Shown piece by piece: positions 14,578 to 29,070 of a stretch of DNA of 64,000 nt (within the stretch, counting starts at the first letter, position 1; every line of letters begins with the position of its first letter). A model generated the notes under the pieces. The model was not told the origin of the DNA. It worked only from the letters and a program-made list of their open reading frames with translations, and did no database searches. The DNA is from the human T2T-CHM13v2.0 reference genome, Homo sapiens: NCBI RefSeq assembly GCF_009914755.1, contig NC_060926.1, one strand, 5' to 3'. The position numbers were made by a program, and so were the translations under genes.

Positions 14578-15559
14578 AACATCTTTGGAATCTTAAAAAT
14601 CAACATATTTATGCAAACACTTTAATGATGCAAAATTAAAGTTTATGTATCAAGTATAAGAGTGAGTCATTTAGGAGGCTAAACAAAGAACTTAAGAGTA
14701 ATTTAAATAAAAAAAACAACATCTGTAGCTGGCAATATTCATGATTTCTGAAATGGGCATTAGTTCTTTACCAATAAGTTTGAAATAAATCATTGCTATC
14801 CAAAAAACACACAAATAGAATCCTGTTTTCCTTGATCTAGTTGCTTCTTAAGCTAAATTATCAACAGCCAAGTCTTGTGTCTACTCAAGACCCCAATGCT
14901 CCCTAAAACTCAACAACAATGCCCTCCAAATTACATGGTTCAGTTTATTCAACACAGCGTAGGGGGAGGAGGAAAGACATCTTCACAAATCCATGTCCTT
15001 ATGCAGATTAGCTCCTTTCACTGTGCCTTTAAATCCCCCAGATTGTCTTGTTATGCCATTCTGTTTCAAGATGGTTCTTTCAATCCATACATCCATTTTT
15101 CATTGATTCAGATGTACAGTGCTCTTAATTAGCATAGACTTCCCGTGGATTCAGAAAGTGGTTCATAATGGCCTTCCCAAAAGGAAAATTTAAGTCTAAT
15201 GTAAGGAATAAGAACAACCCAAAGGAAAAGTCACCCACTGAGTACTGCCAGCATTAGCAGTGACAAGGACAGATCTCACTCAGCCTATCTGTCCTCTGGG
15301 GAGCTCCAAGAACATACGAACTGCTGTCATTATTCTACTACCTTAAATCATAATCATTCTGCTGAGTGGGAACAGTTCCAGTCTGTGGGACAGGTAAAAA
15401 ATAAATGGGAGACATGAAGACACTATCACGCTTCACTCACAAATTCATGTAAATTATGTTTAGTTCAGTCTTCTAAAATATGCAGGCATGTCATTTAGAA
15501 CAGTACTCAGTTGCCAAGAATTATTTTCAATGGACCAATTTCAATGGAATTCCTGAAAT

Positions 15560-17420
15560 TTTTGCTTGCATCAGTGATAGACTAGACGTGGATGACTTAA
15601 CCTCTTGCAATAAATAGCTAGAAAACCTGACAGTATATATAAAAGAACTACGTGCAGGCACCGGACAACGGGCAGTTCAGAACTTGGCTGTTCAGCTAAT
15701 TTGCATAAAGATATGGATTTGTTTGTTTCTCCCTGCAAGAAAAGAAACAAACAAGGCAAGCTATACAATCACCCCAACTTTCTGCCTGGAGGTGTTAATA
15801 ATTTCCAGGTCACCAAGTACAGGGAAGGGGAACTCAAATTAAACATAGTAGCCCTACAGATTAAATACTGCAGACAGTAAAGAACAGAGTTCAGAGAAGT
15901 TGAGGGTGCTAGAAATTACAGGAAGCTACACAGAAAGAGGGCTACAGGAATGTGCTAAGTTCTAGGCCTCACGTGTGTGAGTGAACTTCCAGGAAGCAAG
16001 GCAGAAAACAACCAAGAAGGTGTGAAATGAAAAATTCTTAGGGTTTACACAAGTAGGGAAGCTCCAAACAGCCAAAGTGGAATGTTCTTGGTGACCCACC
16101 CAAGGCATTCAATGGAGACCCCCAGAGAGTCAGGTCTTAGTGAGACTGAAGTATGTCTGGAGTGCAAGTTAAATGAAATCTGCCCTATCAGAGCTTAAAA
16201 GCAGGCCTACAGGGCATTAGGCAGACCGCAAGTAACTTATCTGATTTGCCAAAACAAAGCATGATATTCCTAAAAGAAATATAACAAGACACAGACACTC
16301 AACAAGGTAATATTCACAATACACAATATCTAATAAAAAATTCCTTCACTATGTACAGAGAAGCCTTAAAAAAAAATTTCCTAAACATGACAAGAGGGAA
16401 GAAAATGTGGCCCATAATCAGGAGGGGCAAAAAAATCAGAAAATAGTAAACTTCTGAGAAATGATGAAATAAGAACATTAAACTTCTATTATAACTATGT
16501 TCAATATTAAAATACATAGACATTCATAAGAAAAAAGAAAGTTTTTTTAAAGAATCCAATGGAACTTACAGATTTTAAGAAAACATAATATCTGAAATGA
16601 AAATTTCACTGATTGAGATTAAGTGCAGACTAGACATTGTAGAAGTAAAGAAAAAAATCAGGGAACTTAAACATATAGCAATAGAATTTATCCAAAATAA
16701 GCACAGAAGCACAGAAACAAAATAGGCTGAAAAAATAAATAAACGGAATAGAGTCTCAGAGACATGAAGGATAATATCAAGCAGTCTAACACACACAACA
16801 CTGCAGGCCTGCAGGACGAGGGGAAGAAGGGGAAGGACAGAAAAAGACTGAGAAATGATGGCCAAAACATTTCCAAATTTGATAGAAACTATAAACCTAC
16901 AGATCCAAGAAGCTGCATGCCCCAAGCAAGACACACACACAGAAAAGCATACGGAGGCACATCATAATCAAACTGCTTAAACCCAGACAAGAGCAGCCAG
17001 GGGAAGAGACATAGCACACAGAAGAACAAGCATAAAAGCAGCAGCAGACTTCATCAGAAACCCTGCCAGCCAGAACACAATGGAAATGATGCTTGAAAAT
17101 GGTATTCACCTAGAAGTACCCTAGAATTCTATATCCAGTGAAAACATGTTAAGAATAAAGGCAAAATAAAAACTCAAACAAACAAAAATTGTCATCAGCA
17201 GACCCGCACTTCAAGAAATGTAACAGGAAGATCTTCAGGCAAAAGGAAAAATGATACCAGTTGGAAACTTGGATTTAGATAAAGAAATAAAGAACAGTAG
17301 ATACAGTAAATATGTGGATAAATATAAGACTTTCTCCTCATATTTTATTATTTATTCTCCTGTTTTAATTCTTTCACATTATCATTTCTATAAAAGATGA
17401 CTGACTGTTTAAAGCAAAAA
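15560..17420 (+). mobile_element. Ancient L1M 5'/ORF1 region, highly degenerate
   Basis: A-rich sequence with L1M ORF1 hallmarks (tttccaaatttgatagaaactataaacctacagatccaagaagct; gcagacttcatcagaaac; ctagaattctatatccagtgaaa). Confidence 0.75.
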
Positions 17421-17739
17421 TATTTAGCTTTCATTCTTTTTATATTCTTATGTAATAGGCCAATAACCTGGGGGCCAGAGGAACCAAAATTAGGATATAT
17501 GTTGCTGTACTAGATGACACACACAAAACTATACAGGAAGTAAGGCACAGGGAAGGCATGAAGAAAATGGAAGTGGTTCCATTTCCATCCTCAAAGAGCA
17601 TATATTTTTCAAAGTTAATCATAACTTGTCTAAATTGCCTGAAGATGTCACACAATAGTGTATCACAAACCTTACTGAGAAGACATGCCCTTCATCACCA
17701 ACACCTGTATGTAATGCTGCCCAAAGAAGGGAAGGAGGA

Positions 17740-18030
17740 GGCCAGGCGAGGTGGCTCACGCCTGTAATCCCAGCACTTTGGGCGGCCGAGGCAGGCAGAT
17801 CACGAGGTCAGGAGATAGAGACCATCCTGGCTAACACGGTGAAACCCCGTCTCTACTAAACATACAAAAAATTAGCCGGGCATGGTGGTGGGTGCCTGTA
17901 GTCGCAGCTACTCGGGAGGCTGAGGCAGGAGAATGGCGTGAACCCAAGAGGCAGAGGTTGCAGTGAGCCAAGATCGCATCACTGCCCTCCAGCGTGGGTG
18001 ACAGAGCGAGACTCCGTTTCAAATAAAAAA
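17740..18030 (+). mobile_element. AluY/AluSc-like full-length element
   Basis: gatcacgaggtcaggagat.gagaccatcctggctaacacggtg and agaatggcgtgaaccc diagnostics. Confidence 0.93.
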
Positions 18031-21000
18031 GAGAAGGAGGAAAGGGCATACTGAGCAGCCAATGTAGGGCTTTTTAAACCGAACTTTAGGAGGCTGCTTG
18101 TCTTTTTACTTACCCTTTGGAAACAAATCTAACAAGCTTACTTAGCTGATTTCCTAAGCAGATTAGAAGCAACTAACTATAGGGATAGTGAGAAGGAGGA
18201 CGCAAGAATTAAGCAAAGTAATGTTAATAAGTGAGCTGAAGGCCTAATAGCCTAATAGAAACTACGAAAAGCAAACACATGCACATAAAAACCCCTAAAC
18301 CCAAAATGCTTAGAATACAGTTGACAGTACAGGGGTCAAATCACATCTATACAATAACAGCACAATGACCCTGCACAACAACTTAAGATTCAATTTTTCA
18401 ATGATCTGTGAGTTAGTGAAGGAAGTAATTCACATTTCCCATCTCGATTGGAAATTCAGGAAAACAAAGGATAAAAAGTGTATTTATTTTCTAGATTAAG
18501 AGCTGGACACAATGCTTTGAACTGAAACACCTGCAAAGGCTTTTGGAGGATAAAAACCAACTGAGCCAATTATTTGAAAACTTAACTAACATACTGTTTA
18601 AAAATAAGTTTAGCCTATGTTTCCTAGCTTTTCAGATATCAGAAATTAAGATTCAATTTAAAAGGAGGCTGGGTCATCAGAAAGGTACCTAGTTTCAGTT
18701 AACTGGGAAATTCCACTATGTGGAATGAGCCATTCTTTAACTGGGCAAATAAGCTGTATCTGCAACTGGACCATGGTTACAGTCCAGGATGAAGAGTCTC
18801 ACATCCAGGTTCTAACGTTACAGTATTTCTCAGCTAAATTAACCCATACTGAACTCTACTAGCCATTTGGATTCCCATTTTCTTTAGGCTTTTCTGCTAA
18901 GCATACGTCTGGTAGTATCTAACCTCTTTTTCTAGTGCTTTAACTAAGGCAGAAATGGGTAAAAATGAGTATTTTTAACTGCAGGCTTGTGCCATTACAT
19001 CAATTTTAACATTTTCACATAATACATATGTTACACATAAAATCGTCTTAAGGGGAAGTTCTCTTTAAGCCCACAGAAATAATTAATTGTATCTTCAGCC
19101 CCACTGCAGACTGCCATGGGAGGGCCACTTCTCTCATCTGATAGTCTCGGGTAGAAATCTGAAATAAGCAGATGGAAGCCTTCAGTTCCTAGCAAGCATC
19201 ACCTCCTTTGATTCTTTAAAAATCACCTGAGCTCCATTCCACCTTCTACAGCATCAGGATAAACCACTTAAAAATGACTCATGAAATTTCTACAGAGTGA
19301 TACTATAATTTTCATCCAACCCTGAATCACCCCACCCCTGGCAATCCAAATAAGTAGACATAATGAAGGGAAAAATAGCAGTAAAACAGTAAAAATAAAG
19401 CCAGATTACAAACACAATCATCCATGGCCTTAGAAGCAAACTAGCAGACTTCCAGAAGCTGAACAGGTCTACTACTGAGGTCCAGATGCTGCAGAGAGGC
19501 TGAGGGATAGCCAGGGCCAGCACTAGGAGGTCAGAACCAGTCCCTTCAGCAGCCTCCACTGAAGTCCCTAAGAAAGCCCCAGCAGAGCCCAGCTGCCCCA
19601 GAACTGAACTTTAACCAGGCTGCATAGGGGAGATACCAAGCAACAAGCCACAGACAGATCAGAAGGAATATACCACTGTGGCTACAAGTTTGGCTATGAG
19701 GGGCAGAGATATCAATCTAAAGACAAACATGAATTCAAGTCTGGTGTCTGGAACTTGTAATTAGAAGCTTTGGGCCATACTGTTCGCTCGGAAAATTTAA
19801 ACACTCATCTATAACGACCAACAAAAAGTCACAGAAACTAAGAAATAACTGCTCATTGCCTATCTGCCAGGAAAGCCAGAACCTAAACTACAAAGCTTTT
19901 CCTTCTCTTCTTCTGAGGCAGGCTTTGATGGATAGAAGCCCAATGGGGAGAAAATGCCTCATTTTCTAAAGAAAAGACAACTATCTCTCTGCTTCACTGC
20001 AGCAGGGTCACTTTGAAGAAGCTGCTATCCTGACAGGCTTTCAGATTCACCCACTCCCTGCTAATTGAGATTCTCCTCCAAGGGAGTAAGAAATGTGGCA
20101 GCCTACTAACTAGACTATAATTAGCTCTCTCAAGAGGAAGCTGCACAGAGACAGGATAATGAGCCCAAAGGCGGCTGCTTTTCATAAATATCCCAAAATT
20201 TCTTTCTTCTTGAATTTGCAGAGCTCCAAACCTTTTGCAAAGGCTGTTTCTGCTATCTGCAATTCTTGTCCTGTCTGCCAGACACACCCCTATGCATTCT
20301 TGAAAACACAAGTCTACTGCTAGCCTGAGATCCTGCCCGGCTCTAACTTGCGTGTACCATTTACTTCATTGCCCCCTGAAATTAGCTGGCTGCAGATCTG
20401 TTTGGTCTCTCTGTCCCTGGAGTAGGGACCACTTTGTATTCTTCTTGGTATTTACAACATCTAGAACAGAGTCTGGGCCAACACCCAGTAGACATTCAGA
20501 AAAATTTAATTCTGGTAGTCCACATGAAGAAAGGCAAAATTTGTGAATGGATGAAAATCTTTTCTCATATATCTTTTTTAGAAGCTTTTATTACTTTTTT
20601 AACGTGCATATGGTTTAATTGGATAATAAATTCAAACAAGGCTATGAAAATAACTGAAGACAAATCAACAAAGACAATTAAAACCTCAAATACTTTTTAA
20701 GCTTCCAAATTTTCCTGCTAGAAAGAAATGTATATCCTTCTTTCCTGATAAAACATATACCTATTTTAAAATTAAGTCATAGTTCCACTATAAGCAATAT
20801 AAGCTCCCCAAATTAAACTAACACTTTGATATATATGTATTTCTAGACTTTAATGCATTCATAAACATGAATTCTATACACACATGCATAAAAACTGCTT
20901 TTTTGCACGCCAATATTTTTCTAGATCAATATTAATCTAGTCAATTTTAAAGACTACTTATTGTGACACTTTGTGCATAGACTATATTTAATCAATCATC

Positions 21001-21603
21001 TATTTATTGATATTGAATTGTTTTCAATTTTTCACCTTCATAATACCACTGCAGTCAGTATGCTTAAAAGTAACAAGAAAAGTAACAACTAATAGAATCA
21101 CAGCACACAACTGTGTACCAGGTCCTGGGTTTGGTTTTGCATAGTCACATTAAATCCTCCTGACAACGCTGAGAGAAGGACTATTGTCACTTTGGTCTTA
21201 AAGCAATTCCCATAAGCTGATGCTTAGGAGGTGCTGGGCACTGTGCTAAGTATGTTCTGCACATTGTGTTGTTTAATTCTTACTGCATATGTTTGCTTAC
21301 TTAAAATTATTTAAGATAATTTCTCAAGTACAGTATCTTCAATATCTCTTATGAACATTAAAAATCCTCAAAAAATACTAGCGAACCAAATTCAGCAACA
21401 TATAAAAATAATTAACATTATAGCCATGTGCGACTTATCCCAGGAATGTAATGTTTGTTCAATATACATCATAGTTGTCATATTAATATAATAAAAGACA
21501 AAAAACAACATATTCTCTAAACACAGTAAAACGCTTTCATGCTAAAAACACTACAAGCAGGGATTAGAAGAGAACTCCCGCAACCTGATAAAGACCACCT
21601 ACA

Positions 21604-21889
21604 GGCTGGGCACAGTGGCTCACATCTGTAATCCCAGCACTTTGGGAGGCCAAGGCGGGCGGACTGCCTGAGGTCAGGAGTTCCAGACCAGCCTGACCAA
21701 CATGGTGAAACCTCATCTCTACTAAAAATACAAAAATGAGCCCAGCGTGGCAGCACACTCCTGTAATCCCAGCTACTCAGGAGGCTGAGGCAGGAGGATC
21801 GCCTGAAGCCAGGAGGGGGAGGTTGCAGTGAGCTGAGATTGCGCCACTGCACTCCAGCCTAGGCGATGGAGCCAGACTCCGTCTCAAAA
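21604..21889 (+). mobile_element. AluS full-length element lacking a normal poly-A tail
   Basis: ggctgggcacagtggctcac...gactccgtctcaaaa followed directly by CA repeats. Confidence 0.93.
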
Positions 21890-22362
21890 CACACACACAC
21901 ACCACACACACACATACACACACACACACCCCCCACACACACACACCCCCCACACACACCACACACACACCCCACACACACAACCACACCCCACACACAC
22001 AACCACACACACACCACACACACACCCCACACACACCACACACACACCACACACCCCACACACACACCCCACACACACCACACACCACACACACACCCCA
22101 CACACAACCACACACCACACACCACACACACACCACACACCACACCACACACACACCACACCACACACACACCACACACACACACCACACCACACACACC
22201 ACACACACACCACACAACACCCCCCACACACACACCACACACACACACCACACACACCACACACACACCACACACCCCACACACACACCACACACACACA
22301 CCACACACACACACACCCCACACACACACACACCCCCCCCACACACACACACACACACACCA
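21886..22362. repeat. Complex (CA)/(CAC)/(CCCCA) low-complexity tract, about 475 nt
   Basis: Only A and C apart from a single T at 21915. Confidence 0.97.
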
Positions 22363-23949
22363 TCAACAACATGGTGAAAGACCGGATGCTTTCCCCCTAA
22401 GACCAAGAACAAGGGAAGATGTTTACTCTCACTACTTCTATTCAACATTGTGGTAGACGTGCTAGCCAGGGAAATCCGACCAGAAAAAGAAAAAAAAAAA
22501 GCATGCAGACTGGATTGGAAGAACTAAAACTATCTCCATTTACAAATGACTTGATTTGGTATGTAGAAAACACTAAAGAATGCATGCAAAAACTTAGAAC
22601 CAATAAACAAGTTCAGTGAGGTTACAGGATATAAAACCAATATTTAAAAATCCATCGTATATTCTATACATCAAATTAAGAAAACAACAATAGCATCAAT
22701 AAAAACACCTAACAACTTCAACAAAAGGAAACTACATAACATTCTTAAGATCCAGTAAAGACAAACCTAATAAGTAGAAAGATATTCCATGTTCATATAT
22801 CAGAGGAATTTTTGCTCATTATCCAAACTATATTCCTTGCCCATCTGTTTCCTCTTAATTTTAACCGAAGTTGGATAAATAGAAAAGTGTAAAAGTGCAA
22901 AACACACTGTCTGAATTGAATGGCTGGATAAAGACTTTTTCTTCTAAGTTCCTACCTCCCCTTCTCCATCAAAGTATGGGAACTGGGGTACACGTATCAC
23001 CCCCAATCCAGTCAATATGGACCAGTGTTATTAGGGCCGGTTCTACCACTCTGTACAAAAAATCTTCCAATATCCATATTCTGAAACAAAAATCCCTCTC
23101 CCTGTTTACAAAATTAAGGAAGGCTTTTGTCAGAACACAGGGAATATAAAAATTTCCAGCTTGGCTGGAAATGTTGGCATTTTTGACAATACAAAGGTGG
23201 AAATGGCATAATAGAAGCTCTGAGGGTGCTAGCAGAGTGCTACTTCTGCCCTTTGGCACCAGTAATCCATCCTCTACCACAGAAGTGAGCGTGGAATGCA
23301 ATCACGTTCCATTCCTTCCACCCAAAAGCTTGCTGCCAAAAAGCTGGGCTGGCATTTTAAGACGATCTCAACAATGACACCACTGGTACAGATAACGTGA
23401 GAAGAGAGAACTAGAGCACAGACAGGTGACAACTCAAAATTCATTTCAGCTTTACTAGTCCTTCACAAAGGGAGGTCAAATGGGACGACACCGGGGAAAG
23501 ACAGGCAAGGAAAACACCATCGGAAACTGGAGAGGTAAATGAACTGTGAGGAGGGCAGAAAGCCAATTTCCACAGATGCCTGCTCCTTAAGGCACTGTAG
23601 GAGCTCAAAGTTCACACTGGGTAAGAGCTGCTGAGTGCCCCCTGCAGGTGCAGATCAAGGCACAATTCCTCTTTGGGTCTCAGGTGGAAAATGCCCTGGC
23701 TGCTGCTACATAACTTATAACCAGGCTCCAGAGAGATGCAGGCATACTCACAACAGAGGAGCCCAGGGATGATTCTGTGCAGGAAGAAATCCACAGCTCG
23801 CACTGGGTAGTGAGCCTGTCCTGGGGCAGAGCTGTAACGTCACAGGCCTGCACTTTCAGCAAGACCAACCTCATTTGAGGTATAAAAAGAAAATGAAGAG
23901 AGATAGGCTTCTGTTTCCCTGTGTGAAAAAGGATGATCCTGTCTACCTA

Positions 23950-24380
23950 TGAAATGTGCTGCCCACCCAATATCAACCCCCTTCTTCTACTGACAGCCCA
24001 GGGTAACCACCCTCCCCCACTCTCAGAGTGATGACACCTTTGTTTGCCTCAGTGGAACCTGGCCACAGCATCAGGGCTCTCCCAACCCATTACGGTAATT
24101 AATTCTAGAACCTCTCTTCTTGTGGACTTAGAGCTATGCAGGTACAAGCCTGGAGCTGTTGGAGCCAACAAATGGCAGTGCCTGCCTAAGAGAGAGGCAA
24201 AGCAAAAGAAAGCAGAGTCAGGGGCAGTGAGAACCGACGTCTAATGCCTGGCATGCGTCCAAAGGAGGACCGCAAGACCCACACACCCAGACTTCTCAGT
24301 TCCATGAGCCAAGTCACTCCCCTTCTCCCTTACACCACTTGGAATGAGGCCTGCATTGCTGGCAACCCAAAGCATCTCTG
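23950..24380 (+). mobile_element. MaLR LTR relic (MLT1-like)
   Basis: gcctggagctgttggagcca..., cttctcagttccatgagccaa...tggcaacccaaagcatc 3' pattern. Confidence 0.5.
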
Positions 24381-24643
24381 TACTATATCAAAGGGATGTA
24401 ATGCAGATTAGACAAAATGCATTAAAGACAGGAAAACCATAAGTATGGGACAAATGGCAGCTATTTTATACCCTCATTATTTGTGCTATGCTTTGCGTGC
24501 AAAAAACCAGCTCTTCAAAAATATTTCAATAGAAGTGAGGAATTAGGAACATAATTTTCTTTAAAAATGGGCTTAAAAGGCCATACAACTAATTCAAATT
24601 AGGCAGCCAAAAAAAAAATGTATGGACATTATTGAGACATGGA

Positions 24644-24710
24644 GGTTAAACCACCTTCTCTAGAACTGATTCCAAAGGTTAAAACCACCTTCTCTAGAAC
24701 TGATTCCAAA
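24644..24710. repeat. Tandem duplication of a 33/34-bp unit
   Basis: ggttaaa(a)ccaccttctctagaactgattccaaa twice. Confidence 0.95.
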
Positions 24711-26738
24711 GGGAAAGTATCCATTTCCCCTTTGTCAAGCGTCCTTAGGAGGTCTCAATGACAATTTTCTCAGGGTCACAGGAAAGAAAATAATTTGTCA
24801 TTTGTAAGCAAAAGAAAAAAGCTCAATTAGGAATATGCTTTCATCAAGTGGAATCAATGTTTTAAACTCTCTCCAAATCCTCCATGCCCTGTAACTTGGA
24901 AGTTCAAGTCCAGAGCACAGGGTCACCTTACAGGTGATTTGGTCTCAAACTAATCATTTTGTTACTTCTGTAATAAAACCGGACTCCCAGAGCACCAGTC
25001 TTGCCCTAGCCTCTACCACTGGAAGGCTACTGGAGAGGATACCGCCTCTGAATACCAATAGGTGACCATGTGCATCTTCCTTCTTCTCTCCAGCATTTCT
25101 CTAGTAAGCATGCTTGTGTCTGAAGTACTTTGTTGGGAGCTGGGATGCAGAAAGGGAAGTCATGGTTCTCACTCTGGAGTGCAGTCCAACGTGGGAACAC
25201 ACACAATCAACAGCATGTAGGATTCAGTGTGAGGTTTTCCTAACAGCACACACACAATATGACCTATGAATCCAAAATAGGGCCAAACAAATTTAGAAAG
25301 GATCCACTGTGCCCACCAACCAACCCTCGGATGTGACCCGTACTACGTGGGTCCATTTAACATTAACTGAGAGTGTGAGCGGCTTTAAATGTGTGCACAT
25401 CCTACTTAACTCAGGAATACCCTGGGCTACCATGCTCAGTGAATATACAGCGAGAGAGAACAAATTCCAAAGACTCTTCCTGAACAGATGTAGCAGGGGC
25501 AAGGAACTCCTGACAGGGGATAATGAACAAACTAGCCAGCTTCCCTCTGCACCTGGACAGGCCCAGGTGCCCCACTACTCTGCGAGTGTGCCCATCGGGA
25601 CACTAGGGAACAGAGAATTAAAGACAAAGTCTCCAAGTCATGTCCAGGAGTTAGGGTTCCTGAAGTTAGAATCTCTTGGCCAAACTGGAGGCCCAGTTTA
25701 AGTTAACCCTGTTAATACTATGCCTTCCTCAGAGAAAAGAACTTACAGCGACACGCCAAGAGTGACTAAGATCAGTCTTGAAGAAGAGTATCTCTAAACA
25801 TATGTCAGAAAGACTATAAACTTACCCTTAGAGCCAAAAAGCAAAGGAAGGGAACACAAAGAGACTGGTACTTTAATATCCAGAGTACCAAAGAGCACCC
25901 TAGGGGGTGAATTAGGGAAGATGGGGATAAACTATCCTTCCTGCTGGAATAGCTAGTCCCCAACATAAAACTCTGTGAGCACCTGAGCTGAGCCCACAGT
26001 ATCATCTCCTGGAATGACACTCACACTGAAACATCCACAGGAACTCAATTCTCCATAGAAACGTCCACCATTCCTCAACATCCACAAGAGCTCTTAGACT
26101 GAAAACCTGGCTTCATGTGTCGTTAAGGACCATCATTTCCAGACATATGTGTGTTAGTGCCTCAAACTCTCCCCAGGACCGGACAGACTCAGGGTAAGAT
26201 GAAAACAGACAGAGCCTTCTCCAAGAGAGCTGCTTCTGCTTCTCCCACTTGCTAGGTTCGCAGAGCTGGGACCGTCCTCTAGTCCCCTCCATCAGCCACC
26301 TAACTCAGAGTTCATCCAGCAGGAGCAAGAGAGGGAGGGGAGAGGGGCTGAAATAAGTAGTCATCTGTAGGAATCTTCCTCTTCTAGATACCAAAGCTCT
26401 CCTGGGCAGAAGACTGACTTCATCCATCTGGGCATCCTACTTTATCTGCCCCTCTTCCCCCTCCCCGCCCCACACAGGGCCTGGTAGAAAGTTAGTCTGT
26501 GAATCACCTCACTATTGTCTTCTGTACTCTCTGGCCATGAATTTCTAGCTGCTTTCAAGCTTCTCTCTGTGGAAACAGGATGACTATAAACATCTACAAT
26601 AGCTCAGTAAAGGTCAGGATAGCATGAAAAGAATTAACCATTGTAGTGAAGGAAAAAATAAGTTCTTACTTTAGGAATCTGAAGGTTTTTCCTAGCAAAT
26701 ATCTGAGAGAGAGAGAGAAAGAGGGAGAATATGAATGA

Positions 26739-26889
26739 ATATGTGTGTGTGTGTGTATATATGTATGTATATATATATGTGTGTATATATATGTATGTAT
26801 ATATGTGTGTGTATATATATGTATGTATATATGTGTGTGTATATATATGTATGTATATATATGTGTGTATACATATATACACACACACA
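26739..26889. repeat. Compound (TG)/(TA)/(TATG) microsatellite ending in (CA)n
   Basis: About 150 nt of alternating purine-pyrimidine sequence. Confidence 0.95.
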
Positions 26890-28866
26890 AGAATTTGGGT
26901 TTATTTTCTCCAATTAATATTAATATGTCTGTTTTTTTGGTGCAATGTTCATTCAAATCTAAATAATTCCAGTCCTACAATTTGAAAAGTTAAAATCATA
27001 TTTTAGTTGATGGTTTTCAATGATTTTAATAACACCTTTGGATAACTACAGCATACATATGCTTAAAACAATAGCAATCTAGAGTTCTCATTGCTGTATT
27101 TACATAATTATAAAGAATTAACATAAACCAAAAATAACTTGTTTCAAAATTTCAAAGTAGTTAGCTTTCTAAAATTCTTTTAATTACATTTGGGTAGTAT
27201 TACAAACCTAAATGCAAATGGCACTCAGCTTCCCTGCTATTATTTGTCTAGAGAATTATCCAGACATTCTGATGCATGGCCGGGTATACAGGCCACACAA
27301 CTGCAGGCTAAAAACAGGAAGAAAGCAAAGCTTAGGAGGAATCAACATCATGAGAGGTTTCAAGCAAGTGTATTTTAGGAGAAGGAAGTGCAGATAAGTG
27401 CAGTTATTCTACGTAAGGTACAGGATATCTTTAAAGAGATTTTTGTAAATTATAGATATATTACTAAAAGTACCTATTTGATAACTGTCCTCACACTTTG
27501 ATCATATGCTCATTTTCTAGCCCAAATAGGTCAAGTGAGTGTGCCACACACCACATCTCCATCATCTCGGCCCACCACTGAAGCCTGCTCACCACTACCT
27601 TCAGCTTCCCTCTGTGTTCCCCAGCTCCCAAGCCAACTGCCCACATAATAATCACATTGCCCAATTTATGCCAAAGACAACCATTGTGTGAGAAATTTCA
27701 CACCCAATTTATAAGCACCAACAAACATCCCATGGTCCCCTTTGTCCTGCATGCCAAAAAGTCAGCCTTGCTGGGCACAAACACCACCATGCAGGGAACT
27801 TCTGAGCACAAATAGTGCAGGGCCAGGGTCTTGGGCCCCATCACAGGGCTTCCATCCAGCTCACAAATATGGAGGCCAGGATTATCTTCCAGTTGACTAT
27901 GGACTTCTTGATGGCAGTGGGAGGAAACAATGGAAAGATACAAGAGAACATGGTGGGGAAGAGGTGGGAGAAAAGGGGACAAGAAAGGAACAAAGGGAGA
28001 ATGAGAGAGAACAGATTCTCTTTCTTAAGCTCTGAGTTCATAAGTAAAGCATTAATTTACTTCAAGAAATAACAGCCAAGATAGTTTACAGGAGGAGCAG
28101 GCTAGTTGCCACCTGACTTGGATAACTATCTCCCTCTTTTGTTTATTCATTGAGGATGAGGATCTACTACATTTCAGGCACTTTACTAGTTCCTGGGAAT
28201 ACAGTATGAATAAAACATTCATGCTAACTGCCCAAAGAGACTTTCCAGTACAAAGGGGTATGACATTTGTAAAGACAAATCTGTGATAAAGGCAAAGAAG
28301 AAAAAGAACAGTGTTCTGTAACAAAGTGAGGGGAAAGGCAGAGGGTGGTGAGAGACATTTTGGACATGGTGGTTCAGAGAAGGCCAAATCACACTATGCT
28401 GTAGGCCTTTTACCAAAGGCATAACCTCATCTACATGGGAGAGGATTACTCAGGCATCTCTGTCATGGACATGGAATTTAAGAGTAGGAGGCAGAGAAAG
28501 GTAGAAGGAAGGTTCCAATTTGCCTTGAACAATGAAGCAAAAGAATGCCTTTGACTAAGCAGCAGGGCAAGGCTAACTGTTTTGGCAGGAAAAGGGGCCC
28601 TACAAAAAGTGTACTCTTTCTCTTTGGAAAGGGTTTACCCTGTGGGTCTACCCTCATGGCCACCAGCATATGCACACAGGTTATCACAGCCTGGCCTAAC
28701 TGCAGATAACTGAATATAGTAAGCCAAGCTCAAACACCATTTTCATTTCTGTATAAAGAAATCCAAGTACACTAAAGACTCCAAAAATTGTTTTAAGATA
28801 GAAAAGAGGGCCTTCCAATTGTGTGTGTGTGTTTTTCCTTCAAATTTTGTATTTTAAAGACCCATG

Positions 28867-29070
28867 AGCTGGGTACGGTGGCTCACGCCTGTAATCTCAG
28901 CACTTTGGGAGGTCAAGGCGGGCGGATCACTTGAGGTCAGGAGTTTGAGACCTGCCTGGCCAACACAGTAAAACCCTGTCACTGCTGGAAAAAAAGAAAA
29001 AAAAGAATTAGGGCATGGTGGGGGGCGCCTGTAATCCCAGCTACTACAGGCATGGTCCACCACACCAGCT
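28867..29070 (+). mobile_element. Truncated Alu ending in a short inverted Alu segment
   Basis: Left arm and linker intact; sequence switches to antisense Alu after cccagctac. Confidence 0.85.

Larger units (their letters stand above)
21345..22810 (+). mobile_element. Ancient L1M ORF2 fragment interrupted by an Alu and a CA-rich tract
   Basis: aaaatactagcgaaccaaattcagcaaca...; atggtgaaag...gctttccccctaagac...; tttacaaatgacttgatttggtatgtagaaaa. Confidence 0.8.

Noticed and set aside
21777-22456. Long Cys/Val- and His/Thr-rich ORFs
   Set aside because: Translation artefacts of the stop-free CA-rich tract.
24644-24710. 33-bp direct repeats superficially like CRISPR repeats
   Set aside because: Two adjacent copies with no spacer, no cas genes, and a eukaryotic context.
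25309-25701. 130-aa plus-strand ORF in unique sequence
   Set aside because: Non-ATG start, no recognisable domain, antisense to CLASP1; length is within chance expectation.
26634-26985. Six overlapping Tyr/Ile/His-rich ORFs
   Set aside because: Artefacts of the TG/TA microsatellite.
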